NCBI GenBank assembly: GCA_017461745.1
Contig: JAFTXE010000125.1
Location: forward strand, 1 to 62,728
DNA length: 62,728 bases
From: Clostridia bacterium
GTDB lineage: Bacteria > Bacillota > Clostridia > Oscillospirales > CAG-272
Direction of reading: 5' to 3'
Shown here: positions 19,739 to 29,283 of the stretch, piece by piece
How the letters are laid out: each line of letters opens with the position of its first letter
How positions within the stretch are numbered: the stretch's first letter is position 1
Translations under genes and position numbers: made by a program
Notes under the pieces: model-generated
Told to the model about the DNA's origin: nothing
Database searches by the model: none
Seen by the model: only the letters and a program-made list of their open reading frames with translations

Positions 19739-22700
19739 TCACATACTCATCGACATATCGAAGCCGTGGGAATAAGAGTTATCCTCGGATTCATCGTCAT
19801 CAAAATCCTCTGACTCCGTCTCGTCATCCTCGTAAAACTCTCCGTCCTCTATGTCATCATCGGTAATTTCTTCATCATCGGATTCCATATCCTCGTAGGC
19901 TTCTTATAGCGATAGGTAATCCTTTGAAGTTATCTTCAGATTTTCCCCCGCTCCACACCGTACGTGACCCTTTCGAGTCATACGGCGTTCCATCAATGAT
20001 ACCATTCCATTAGATTAATGCAAATTTACACATTTCGAGAAAACAAAGCAAATATTATTTTATTTCTGGCAGTTCTGCGCTTTTGCGCAGTTTATTCAGC
20101 TTTCGAAGCATTTTATCATTCAAATTTAGAATATCAAGATAGTAGGCGATAGTTTCGCTTTTACTTGCGTGTATAAGTTTATGAACATCGCAGTGTACAA
20201 TAATAAGGTTAGAGTATTTATCTGTTCCACCCTTAGATTTTGGAATAATGTGATGACAGTGTAGTTCGTCATAATCCAGTACATTCCCCGTAATCGCACA
20301 CTTACCCCATTGAGCCGCATATAATGAGATACGATTGTCGGAAAATTCGATATTTTCGCTCATCTCACTTTTTCTCATCAGCTCCCATAGAATATTCATA
20401 TTAATCTGTAAATTCTTATGGATTTCCTTGCGCCCCTCGGGAGTATATTTGCATATTTCCTTACGCTTATACATTGGGTGTTTTGTACGAATATATCCTA
20501 TCGGACACAGTGGTCGCTCATCTACAAATCGTAGTTGTTTTGAACCACCGTATCTGTCCTTGATATATCCTTTACCTAAATCACCCTTTTTCTTGATACG
20601 ACATTCTAACCTATGATTAAGCTGTGGTAAAACAGCTTTAGCAATACGGTTGCAATCTTGGCTGATATGGGTGGCGTATTGATAATAGTTATGAATACCC
20701 CATACTTTACAATTGTAATAGTAAACCCCGAGCCTCCCTTTCTTAGTGTTGGCTGGAGCTTCCATAAGTTGGATTTGCTCCAACAGCTTTGATGTTTCCC
20801 GTATTAACGCTTTATCCGACATATGAGAACGAACCACATAGGAATTTCCTTTCTTAACAGCCTTCATTTTGAAGCCGAGATAATCAGAGTAATTCCTTTT
20901 AAGATTAATAATTTTGGACTTGTCCTCGCTAATTTCCAGTTTAAGCCTCTCATTGAGCCACCGCTTAACGGCAATAAATACTTTCTTTGCATCTTCATAA
21001 CTACGGCAAAAGATTTTAAAATCGTCAGCGTATCTGATGATATACATTTCTTTTAAATTCGAAGTTGCCAAAGCACGTATTACTGGGCTTCTATCGGTAG
21101 TTCCGTTCTTCATAGTTCTTGTTTGGTAGTTGTGTTCAGTTGGAATAGTCTCCCATTGACTCGCAATCCACCAATCAAGCTCATTGAGGACGATGTTCCC
21201 GAATAGCGGAGAACATAAACCTCCTTGTGGCGTTCCTTTGGTAGGATAAACCTTGTTTCCACTCGGAAGTATTATCGGAGCTTTTAACATAGCTGTTATC
21301 ATGCTCAGTACCTTTTTGTCTCGGATACCAAGCGCCCACATCTGCTGTCTTAACTTTGTATGGTTCACATTGTCGAAAAAGCCTTTTATATCAACATCAA
21401 CAACATAATACAGGTGTTGCTTCTGTATCATTCGATAGCATTGCGCAAGTGCATTTTCAGCCGAACGATTTGGTCTGAAGCCATTGCTTCTTTCAAAGAA
21501 TTTTGCTTCACAAATCGGCTCTAAAACTTGCAAAATACACTGTTGCACAACTCTATCCCAAATGGACGGTATACCCAGCGGACGAGTTTTTCCGTCGTGC
21601 TTGGGTATTTCCACTCTTTTCACAGGCTTAGGTTGATAAAATGCCATTTTCCGTTTAGCAAGCTCGACAAACTTATCTTTCGGAATTGTTTCCAAGTCCT
21701 TGATTGTTTTCTTATCTACGCCTGCCGTGTTGCTGCCTTTGTTTCTTTTTATATTACGATATGCCAAAAGTATATTTTCCTCAGATATTATGAGGTCATA
21801 CAGTTTTGTGAAAACCTTGCCGTTTTTGCTCTCGGCGTATAACCTATCGAAAGTATCTGTAAGGTCATAATACTCTGCATGCCGTAATTTCTTTTGTTTT
21901 GGTGTTTTCTTCGAAATCAACTCAGTCAACGCCCCCTTTCAGGATTGTTTTTCTTTGTCATACTCGAAGCTGAATTTATTTGCATTTCATATTTGTTAAT
22001 ATCATTTGACTCGTGGCTGTTCCTCCACTCTCATTACAAGAGCTTCATCGGTCGTGCCACTACTTTCACTGTAATTAAAGACGCTTATTATTCTTCGTCG
22101 TCACCGTGCGTAAAGCACGTTATACAGCTTCCTACGTTCCGATAATCCTATCTGTACATATATCCTTAGGTGCCTACTATAAGCCAGTCAGCTTGAAAGT
22201 GCCTATAACACTTTAAGGTATTTCATAGTGACGAATTTTACTTTACCTCACTGACCCCACATTGTGGGACTACACATTTCTGTGCATTAATGCTCTTGAC
22301 TCCTTTTGTCGTAGGTTCGTCGGTACAGCCTTTTGTACATACTCACCATAGATATTTTATAGACCCCCGACATATAGGTTGCGCACTCCGCCTCCGGAGC
22401 GTTTTCGTGAATGAAATATCATTCTTACGGCAACTCTCTGCCGACTTCACCGAGCTTCTGAACATCTGCCTTTTGAGCAGAGCCAGTCGGAGAATTAGGG
22501 AAGCGTTTCAGGGCGTTACCCCCTCATTCCACTATTCGGATTATCAGTTCTCCAAGTACATATTTTTAAGAACTCCTTTCAATTTCTCTAAATTTGTGCT
22601 TGTGCCTAACCTTTTCAGTTAGGAACGTATCGCACCATCGCTCATTTCTTCCTCAGTGGCGGTAATGTCCTCGGACATATCCTCATCTTCCTCGGCCTCA

Positions 22701-23041
22701 GCCATTTCTTTTTCGGCTTTCTGCTTATCCTGCATCGCCTGATCTTCTTCCAAGACCTTAGTAATAAAGTCAAGGAAAAACTTGTTTTTCTTGAGTCCGT
22801 GGCGGTGGAGATAATCATTGAGCTTCTCAAAGATCTCGTCCGATGTCTGGAATGCGATAGTTCTTGTTTTTTCCATAGTAATTTCCTCTTTCTCATTAAA
22901 TTTGGGGTGTAGCGCGTCCTGAAGGGCGCGTTCAATAAAGTCTGACATTGTCATCTCATGGCTTTCCGCATAGGCTTTGACCTCGTCGTACAATTCCTCG
23001 AGTATCTTTGCGGATATGCCTTTTCTTTTACCTGTCGGCAT
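19739..23041 (-). CDS. Intron-split gene: tandem ribbon-helix-helix-like protein with a long acidic tail (exon 1 23041..22636, exon 2 19905..19739)
   Basis: Removing the intron joins GAT G|AA GAA GCC in frame, giving ...EMSDEEAYEDMESDDEE...NSYSHGFDMSMSM*. Confidence 0.85.
19906..22635 (-). mobile_element. Group II intron (probably bacterial class B)
   Basis: 5' GTGCG at 22635; domain V GAACGCCGTATGACTCGAAAGGGTCACGTACGGTGT; 3' end ACCTATCGCTAT at 19906; excision restores the host reading frame. Confidence 0.92.
20055..21929 (-). CDS. ltrA: Group II intron reverse transcriptase/maturase with HNH endonuclease
   Basis: RPLGIP, GFRPNRS, GTPQGG, RYADD; C-terminal CAITG..HCHHIIP..GG...NL...H. Confidence 0.95.
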   Translation of the reverse strand: MTELISKKTPKQKKLRHAEYYDLTDTFDRLYAESKNGKVFTKLYDLIISEENILLAYRNIKRNKGSNTAGVDKKTIKDLETIPKDKFVELAKRKMAFYQPKPVKRVEIPKHDGKTRPLGIPSIWDRVVQQCILQVLEPICEAKFFERSNGFRPNRSAENALAQCYRMIQKQHLYYVVDVDIKGFFDNVNHTKLRQQMWALGIRDKKVLSMITAMLKAPIILPSGNKVYPTKGTPQGGLCSPLFGNIVLNELDWWIASQWETIPTEHNYQTRTMKNGTTDRSPVIRALATSNLKEMYIIRYADDFKIFCRSYEDAKKVFIAVKRWLNERLKLEISEDKSKIINLKRNYSDYLGFKMKAVKKGNSYVVRSHMSDKALIRETSKLLEQIQLMEAPANTKKGRLGVYYYNCKVWGIHNYYQYATHISQDCNRIAKAVLPQLNHRLECRIKKKGDLGKGYIKDRYGGSKQLRFVDERPLCPIGYIRTKHPMYKRKEICKYTPEGRKEIHKNLQINMNILWELMRKSEMSENIEFSDNRISLYAAQWGKCAITGNVLDYDELHCHHIIPKSKGGTDKYSNLIIVHCDVHKLIHASKSETIAYYLDILNLNDKMLRKLNKLRKSAELPEIK

Positions 23042-23204
23042 CTTCTTTGCTCCTTTCCAATTTCTTTTTCAGTATCTCGGACACTATCTCGTCAACAGAT
23101 ATCCCCATTTGCTTTGAGAGCATCAAGAGCTTATCCGAGAACGGGGCGGGGATGTATATCTCCCGCAATATTTTTTCATCTGTGCCTTGTTCCTTTTTCT
23201 GCAT
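23028..23204 (-). CDS. Small 58-aa ribbon-helix-helix/CopG-like protein (not in the ORF track)
   Basis: AAAGGA RBS; MQKKEQGTDEKILREIYIPAPFSDKLLMLSKQMGISVDEIVSEILKKKLERSKEDADR fills the operon gap. Confidence 0.6.
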   Translation of the reverse strand: MQKKEQGTDEKILREIYIPAPFSDKLLMLSKQMGISVDEIVSEILKKKLERSKEDADR

Positions 23205-23215
23205 ATAAATCCTTT

Positions 23216-23932
23216 CTACATACTTTGTACTCTTATTTCCGAAAAGGTGTCCTCATCGTTATAATTCGGACAGTATGACGTAAAAAACATAAGGTCGAAG
23301 TCTTCATCAACTTCAAGGTCGGACACGATCTCCGAAAAATTGTGCAGATGGTCTTTTATCTTATTCAGCATATCCGTGTCCGAGGGCAGAGAGATACCAA
23401 AGCGTTCGTTGATCTCGGAGAACGGTATATGGATATTTCCGCTCATCGTATCCGCTGTGCCTTCGTCAATGATATACTCGGCTATGGTCTGCGCATAACT
23501 ATCTCTGTCAAAATAGCGGGCAAGCGATGTAAATCCCATTTCACGTATCTCATTATCGGTCATTCCTATAACCTCAGAAAGCGTAACGTAGAAGGCTTCT
23601 TCCGGTTCTGTTTCGTTCATCCAAGCCAAGGTTCTGCCAAGAAGGTCATATATACGATTGCTTTTAACATCGTTCTTTTCGGCAACAAGATCTTCGTACC
23701 AACCGTCCATGTATCCTATAATAGCGTCGTTGAGCGATCTTTCGGTAAGGTCGGGAATATCATATTTTTCCGCAAGGCAGAAATCGTCAAGCTGATTGGC
23801 ATAGCTGTCATCACCTGCGGGATATATCTGACAATAATATCCGTTACAGATATCGTCCTCACCCGTATTGTAATTGTGTCGAATGATACCTCGGTCTATT
23901 GTACTCGTTATCTCAAATCCCCTGTATCTCAT
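23216..23932 (-). CDS. Acidic hypothetical ICE protein
   Basis: ORF in the operon; start at MRYRGF after AAAGGA. Confidence 0.65.
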   Translation of the reverse strand: MRYRGFEITSTIDRGIIRHNYNTGEDDICNGYYCQIYPAGDDSYANQLDDFCLAEKYDIPDLTERSLNDAIIGYMDGWYEDLVAEKNDVKSNRIYDLLGRTLAWMNETEPEEAFYVTLSEVIGMTDNEIREMGFTSLARYFDRDSYAQTIAEYIIDEGTADTMSGNIHIPFSEINERFGISLPSDTDMLNKIKDHLHNFSEIVSDLEVDEDFDLMFFTSYCPNYNDEDTFSEIRVQSM

Positions 23933-24362
23933 AGCTAAATCCTTTCTCTTGATTCTCCGAGGGCTTTTCGTTATAAACATTTACTTTTGACCAAGTCAGA
24001 TAATCCTTAATATCCTCGAGCGTTCCTTCGGCTTCCATTTTGGGTATGTCATTTATGTCCCCGCCGTTTGCAAGATGCTCGGCAGCACCTTTTATCTCCC
24101 AAGGGAACGGACAGGCAGGGATTCCCGCAAGCATAATAATTTGCTTTGCTATTTCTTCTCCGTGTTCCTTACGGACTGTATCAATAGCGTAAGCTATCTC
24201 ACCGAGAAATGTTTCAGAGCTTTTAAATTCATAGGGATCGGTTTCCTTATCGGGATTGTCCATATCCTGCAATTCCTTTGCCCATTCATGCCATATATCC
24301 AGGACACCTTCCGAATTTGGAAATATGGACGTAATGAATATTGAAAAGTCATTAAAAGTCAT
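23913..24362 (-). CDS. Hypothetical ICE protein
   Basis: ORF in the operon with an RBS. Confidence 0.6.
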   Translation of the reverse strand: MTFNDFSIFITSIFPNSEGVLDIWHEWAKELQDMDNPDKETDPYEFKSSETFLGEIAYAIDTVRKEHGEEIAKQIIMLAGIPACPFPWEIKGAAEHLANGGDINDIPKMEAEGTLEDIKDYLTWSKVNVYNEKPSENQEKGFSYEIQGI

Positions 24363-24376
24363 ATCTATATTTCCTT

Positions 24377-25330
24377 TCACATCTCTAATGTCGGCTCATT
24401 GTTTTGATGAGAATTGTCGCTTGTGCTATTTACCCATCTGTCGTAATCTTTTTCCGATACGTATCCCGCAAGCATAAAGGAAAAATCCTTTACTCGTTCC
24501 GCATCGCATCCGCTGACCTCTATCTGAACTCCGTAATCGCCGTCATAGATACGCTCAACCTTTGCGCAGAGAACATCATCCCAATCCTGTTTTCCTTCCT
24601 CGGTCAGCGTGTCTCTGTTCAGCTCTACGATGGTCGCAAGCTCGTGTTCCTCGTCTCTGTCAACGAGATGTACATCTTCAAGGGAGCATTCTATAAGGTC
24701 TTTCAGCGTAAAGCTCTTATTTCGCTCACTTGCAAGACTCCTTTCAATACGGCATTCCTTACCCGAAAGCAGAAGAGCCATAACGTCGCTGCGTTCAATT
24801 TCCGAACGGACAAGAGCGAGCTTTGATTCTTCAAGCGCGTCAAGGATATCATCAGAGGTATAGACCTTTACCATATCTCCGTCGTGTACATATACATAAC
24901 CACATTCAAGGTTGTATTCCACCACTGCCGTGATACGTTCATCTTTGACAGCAGACGTTAAAAGAACCGAAAACACCTCAGCGCTTATGATTTCCGTTCC
25001 GTCCTCACCAAAATACTCGTGTACGATGGTATCGGGTGTCCAATGAAGATGTCCGTTTGCTTCAAGCTCACTATATATATTAGCGGAGCTGAACAGTGTC
25101 TTTATATTGCTGGACGTGAAATAAATAACGTCAACACCGTCGCTGATGCTATAAATTGCAAAGCTACCGTCGGGGAATTTCGGCTCTGTTTCTTGTTTGG
25201 GCACAAGTTCTTCATAGAGGGCTTCAATATGTCTGACGATTTCCTCGTCTATGTCTCTGCCTTGTTCGGCAAGAACCTTCTTTAAGGCATCGTATTTGCG
25301 GTCATCAAGGTTTATTGTTTTTTCTGCCAT
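24377..25330 (-). CDS. Hypothetical ICE protein (DUF6103-like N-terminus)
   Basis: N-terminus LDDRKYDALKKVL...LYEELVP resembles that of 25338..25991. Confidence 0.65.
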   Translation of the reverse strand: MAEKTINLDDRKYDALKKVLAEQGRDIDEEIVRHIEALYEELVPKQETEPKFPDGSFAIYSISDGVDVIYFTSSNIKTLFSSANIYSELEANGHLHWTPDTIVHEYFGEDGTEIISAEVFSVLLTSAVKDERITAVVEYNLECGYVYVHDGDMVKVYTSDDILDALEESKLALVRSEIERSDVMALLLSGKECRIERSLASERNKSFTLKDLIECSLEDVHLVDRDEEHELATIVELNRDTLTEEGKQDWDDVLCAKVERIYDGDYGVQIEVSGCDAERVKDFSFMLAGYVSEKDYDRWVNSTSDNSHQNNEPTLEM

Positions 25331-25337
25331 AATTACC

Positions 25338-25991
25338 TCACATACTCATAGACGGTTCGGTATCCTCGTACATATCCTCGTCATCGTCGGGATACAGCTC
25401 TTTATTGCTCAAATATATTTCGAATGCGGATTTTTTGGAATCGAGTGATGCATTCTCATTTTTCTCTGACGTATATACTGCCGTCAGCATATCCTCGAGA
25501 TCGTAACTGCGCCAAAGAGCATCGGGAGAATCGCATACGGATACGAGGCTGTTGTCGAGATCAAAATCAATAACGGCTGCGATCTGCTCGTCCGTTACAA
25601 TGTTTGCTCCGATTTTTACAAAATCCTCGGATTTTAGCTCATTTCTGCATCCGAAGTATTCGTAAAGCTCGTTCTTGCCGACCTCTCCGCTTACGTATCT
25701 TCTGTATGCGTTTGCCGCGCTGTAGAAGCTGTTCTGAAGCTCGGTATAAAAACAGGTGTCCTTTCCGTCCTTGCGAATACGGATATAGGCAAAGCGCATT
25801 TCATCTTCAAGCTCCTTTGCAATAATAAGCTCTATACGCTTTTGTTCTCTTATGGGGACGGTAGTCTCGTAAAATGTTTCCATAAGTGTGCGCATCTCGT
25901 TCTCGAAATTCAGACCTTTGTTGTTAAGCGTTTTTCGCAGAGCCTTATATTTGTGTTCGTCGAGATACGTTGTAATAATTCTGTCAGCCAT
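25338..25991 (-). CDS. Hypothetical ICE protein, paralogue of 24377..25330
   Basis: LDEHKYKALRKTL...FYETTVP; shared DE.I.AV motif. Confidence 0.65.
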   Translation of the reverse strand: MADRIITTYLDEHKYKALRKTLNNKGLNFENEMRTLMETFYETTVPIREQKRIELIIAKELEDEMRFAYIRIRKDGKDTCFYTELQNSFYSAANAYRRYVSGEVGKNELYEYFGCRNELKSEDFVKIGANIVTDEQIAAVIDFDLDNSLVSVCDSPDALWRSYDLEDMLTAVYTSEKNENASLDSKKSAFEIYLSNKELYPDDDEDMYEDTEPSMSM

Positions 25992-26006
25992 AATTACCTC
26001 CTGTGG

Positions 26007-26459
26007 CTATGAATATAAATTATTGAATTGCTGTCTTTCCTCATCAGTGAAGTAGATGCCGAAGGCAGAAGAGATATTGTCGAGAAGGTCGTTTTCCTCA
26101 CTCTGTAACAGAAAGCAGTCCGCGTATCTCTCATAAAAATCTTCTTCCGTCTCCTTACCGACAAGGCAAGATATATAAATAGTCTTGGCTTTGGATATAT
26201 CCGTATCCGAAAGCCCATTGACCTCAAAGACCGTCTCTATACGGTCAAGCTCGTTCTTATGCTGTTCCATAAGCTCTCGCTGCTCGGCGGGGAGGGTGTT
26301 CTTTATCTGCTCATAGCTTATGAATTCAGAGATGTCGCCTGACATACCGCCGAACAGTCCGAATACAGCGATAACGGGCAAAAGAGCTATAACTATCGCT
26401 ATTCCGATAACATATACTAAAAATTTCCGTCCTTTCTTATCGCCAAGAAGTATTGCCAA
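26007..26459 (-). CDS. Membrane-anchored conjugation-region protein (start uncertain)
   Basis: One N-terminal TM helix; lies downstream of virB4; frame stays open upstream without a canonical start. Confidence 0.55.
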   Translation of the reverse strand: MAILLGDKKGRKFLVYVIGIAIVIALLPVIAVFGLFGGMSGDISEFISYEQIKNTLPAEQRELMEQHKNELDRIETVFEVNGLSDTDISKAKTIYISCLVGKETEEDFYERYADCFLLQSEENDLLDNISSAFGIYFTDEERQQFNNLYS

Positions 26460-26517
26460 GACCTTTTTGGCAACCTTGGCTATTACTGCGCCTACTGCGG
26501 TAACACACCTTCCTTCT

Positions 26518-26925
26518 TTACATAGTCATATCCAACCCATCAATATGGGATTGCATTTCGGCTCTTATATTGCCTCGGTACATAAATTCACGCTCCCTCG
26601 AATGCAGTTCCTCTGCCGTAAGACCTATTGCTTCCAGCGCCTTGTCAAGAACGGGGCGTATGTCCGTATCGTCTATTCCCATCTTTGTAACGAAACCGCC
26701 GTAATCTGCGAAATATTCGGTTATACATTCATCTTCGGGAATACCGTACAGTTCCTCATAGGTGGCTATAAGATCGACGTTTAGAGGAGTAGCCAAACTA
26801 CAGTCATCATACTCAACGGTAGCAATGGGGATTACGTCATAGTTGCCGTTATCCCCAAGAAATTCGAGTATCTCCTTTTGCTTTGCTTCCGTAAGGTCAT
26901 CCCAATATATTTCGATTCTTTCCAC
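26518..26925 (-). CDS. Acidic hypothetical ICE protein
   Basis: GAGG RBS, GTG start. Confidence 0.65.
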   Translation of the reverse strand: MERIEIYWDDLTEAKQKEILEFLGDNGNYDVIPIATVEYDDCSLATPLNVDLIATYEELYGIPEDECITEYFADYGGFVTKMGIDDTDIRPVLDKALEAIGLTAEELHSREREFMYRGNIRAEMQSHIDGLDMTM

Positions 26926-26935
26926 AGTTCACCTC

Positions 26936-27385
26936 TTACATTGACATACCGATGTCCGCATCGTTATCCTCATCCAAGTCTTCTTGCGCACCTGTCATAT
27001 ACTGATCGTAAGCGTCACTGTAAATCTTGTAGGCTTCCTCTCCCATTTCCTTGAGCTTTTCCTCATCAAAGCACCATAACGGATATTCACAAAATCCGCT
27101 GTGTTTGCTCAGTCCTGTTGACGATGCCATTTCTTGCTGCAATAGCTGATCGTAGAAATCACAATTATTCGCATCGATGTATGCGCAGTTTTTCATTCCG
27201 ATGAACTCTCCGAAGGAAACTGTAAGCATACAGTAATCATCCGATTGTCCGTCGGTGATCTGATCGAGGGCAATAGCAATTCCGGGCATCGTTTTTCCCA
27301 TAAAGTCTCTTGTGGAGTATAGCTGAAGGCGAGGCTTGACGGTCAAGCGATTACCCATAAAATCGGTTATCTCATATGTCATCAT
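26936..27385 (-). CDS. DUF4313-like protein
   Basis: LTVSFG...AYIDAN...SGFCEYPLWCFDEEKL. Confidence 0.65.
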   Translation of the reverse strand: MMTYEITDFMGNRLTVKPRLQLYSTRDFMGKTMPGIAIALDQITDGQSDDYCMLTVSFGEFIGMKNCAYIDANNCDFYDQLLQQEMASSTGLSKHSGFCEYPLWCFDEEKLKEMGEEAYKIYSDAYDQYMTGAQEDLDEDNDADIGMSM

Positions 27386-29211
27386 CTACCTCCCGCGCTT
27401 CCAAAGAGCTTTGCCTTGTATTCGGGAGCTATGACCTGCAAGAGATATCTTTCATTTCCGCATTTAAACAGGCACGTACCTCTTTCGGGATACTTTATAA
27501 GCTCATATTCCGACTGCTCGAGCTGCAGAGCGTCCATAAACTCACGAGGATTTATGTTTCCCGCATTAAAGAGGAATTGATGTGTGGGGATGGAGAACAA
27601 GGGCTTTGTAAGCTCCTTCACCTCGGGCAATAAAAAATCCTCGATATTCTGACTTGCCAGAATGATCGAGGATTCCTTTTTTCTTACGCGCTTCATAGCG
27701 TTTCGGATATATTCGATTGCCGTGCGGTTGGTAAGGAAGAGATACAGCTCGTCAATGGATGCCGCCGTATGTCCTTTGGTAAGGAGCTTATGGTTCATAT
27801 ACGAAAGTATGTTGAAGAGCATAGCATCCTTGAGCTTCTTATTGGCTTCCATAAGTCCTTTTACGCCAAAGACGAGGAAGCGGTCATCGGAGATATTGGT
27901 GTGTCCGTTGAAGAATTTGCTTTCAGCTCCTACGCACATGGAGTTAAGTCCGAGGCACAGCTCGCGCAGAAGCTTCTCGGTAAAGAGCGAGTGAGAGCCT
28001 TTCTCATACTTTTGGTATTCGCACTTTACTATCTCGTAAAGGTCTTCCATGGTGGGATAGTCCGTAGGCTTCAGCCTGTCGTAATCGGTATTATCGTTTA
28101 TACCGTACTTTTCGTATAGCTGAGAGAGCAGAATCTCCAAGGCATCTATCTGCGCCTCATTGAAATTCTTATATACTCTGAAAAAGTCCTTGAGGTAGGA
28201 GATGTGCCGTGACAGTCTCGTTGCCCGTCTGAACGCTTCGGGAGCGTCCTCGTCCACGTCGGCGGTGTTTCCCGACCATTCCTTCGGTTCAAGAGGATTG
28301 ATGATATACTCGCCCGACATAAGGTCGACGTAACAGCCGCCGAGGTTATTGCAAAGATCCTCGTATTCCTGTTCGGCATCAAGGCAGATGACCGACTTGC
28401 CCGACATGCGAATATTGCAAAGCAGAAGCTTCAAGAGATAGGATTTGCCTTGTCCTGAATTCCCAAGAATGAGAATGTTGGAGTTGGTCTTATCGTCCGC
28501 GCGTCTGTCGAAGTCCACGATTATATTCGTGCCGAACTTATCCTTGCCGATATAAAAGCCGTTAGGATCGGTCTTTCCTGAGTAGTTAAAGGGATAGCAG
28601 TTGGCAACGGCAGAGGCGGGCAGAACTCTCTCGAACTGCGTTCCGAATACGTTGTATCCGCATGGCATACAGGCGATAAATCCGCCTTGCTGACGCATGG
28701 TAAGTCTGTCTACGGATATCTTTTCACGTGTCAGCTCCATAGCAACGTCGGACTGAAGCTCCTTGAGCTTATCCAGGCTGTTGGCGGACAGCTCAATAAA
28801 AACAGCGCAATGCAGAAGAGGCTCACGGTTCTTGCGAAGCTCCCCAAGAAGCTCCATAACGTCCACGAGGTTACCCTCGCCCATGACCATTTCCTCAATA
28901 TCGTTTGAGCTTGCCATCATCTTGTTTTTTCTGCCCGCATTCTGTACGATCTTGTTTTGCTCCGCGCCGTCAACGTAGCGGGTGTACATGTGAAGCGTGA
29001 CTGCTTCCTTGTCACCGAATCGGGCGAGAATGGCTTGGTCTGTGGTAGAGGGCGGATATTCTCTTATTGCCCACACACATCTGAAGCTGTCTCCGCATAC
29101 AAAATGGTCTATGTTGAATTTTATGGTCGAAGGCACGACCATATCAAAGAAGTCCTTGATGTAGGCTTCGCTCTGTACGGCATTAGCGGGAAGTTGTTCC
29201 TTTTTTGACAT
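27382..29211 (-). CDS. virB4: VirB4-like conjugative transfer ATPase
   Basis: NSNILILGNSGQGKS (Walker A), LDAEQEY, INPL, IDE (Walker B), RVRK, ASQ. Confidence 0.92.
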   Translation of the reverse strand: MSKKEQLPANAVQSEAYIKDFFDMVVPSTIKFNIDHFVCGDSFRCVWAIREYPPSTTDQAILARFGDKEAVTLHMYTRYVDGAEQNKIVQNAGRKNKMMASSNDIEEMVMGEGNLVDVMELLGELRKNREPLLHCAVFIELSANSLDKLKELQSDVAMELTREKISVDRLTMRQQGGFIACMPCGYNVFGTQFERVLPASAVANCYPFNYSGKTDPNGFYIGKDKFGTNIIVDFDRRADDKTNSNILILGNSGQGKSYLLKLLLCNIRMSGKSVICLDAEQEYEDLCNNLGGCYVDLMSGEYIINPLEPKEWSGNTADVDEDAPEAFRRATRLSRHISYLKDFFRVYKNFNEAQIDALEILLSQLYEKYGINDNTDYDRLKPTDYPTMEDLYEIVKCEYQKYEKGSHSLFTEKLLRELCLGLNSMCVGAESKFFNGHTNISDDRFLVFGVKGLMEANKKLKDAMLFNILSYMNHKLLTKGHTAASIDELYLFLTNRTAIEYIRNAMKRVRKKESSIILASQNIEDFLLPEVKELTKPLFSIPTHQFLFNAGNINPREFMDALQLEQSEYELIKYPERGTCLFKCGNERYLLQVIAPEYKAKLFGSAGGR

Positions 29212-29233
29212 TTGTTTTTCCTTTCTTCAAATG

Positions 29234-29264
29234 AAAAAACCGCATCCTTTTACAGATACGGTTT
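29234..29264 (-). terminator. Intrinsic terminator between the HipA-like gene and virB4
   Basis: AAACCGTATC/GATGCGGTTT stem plus T tract on the minus strand. Confidence 0.65.
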
Positions 29265-29283
29265 ATTTGTATTAAATTTGTTT

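Noticed and set aside
20055-21929. Reverse transcriptase as a diversity-generating retroelement or retron acting on the pilin repeats
   Set aside because: It has group II intron ends, domain V and an HNH domain, and the differences between pilin copies do not look adenine-specific.
22619-23041. 140-aa ORF as a complete gene
   Set aside because: Its last codons come from the intron 5' end; the gene continues in exon 2 at 19905..19739.
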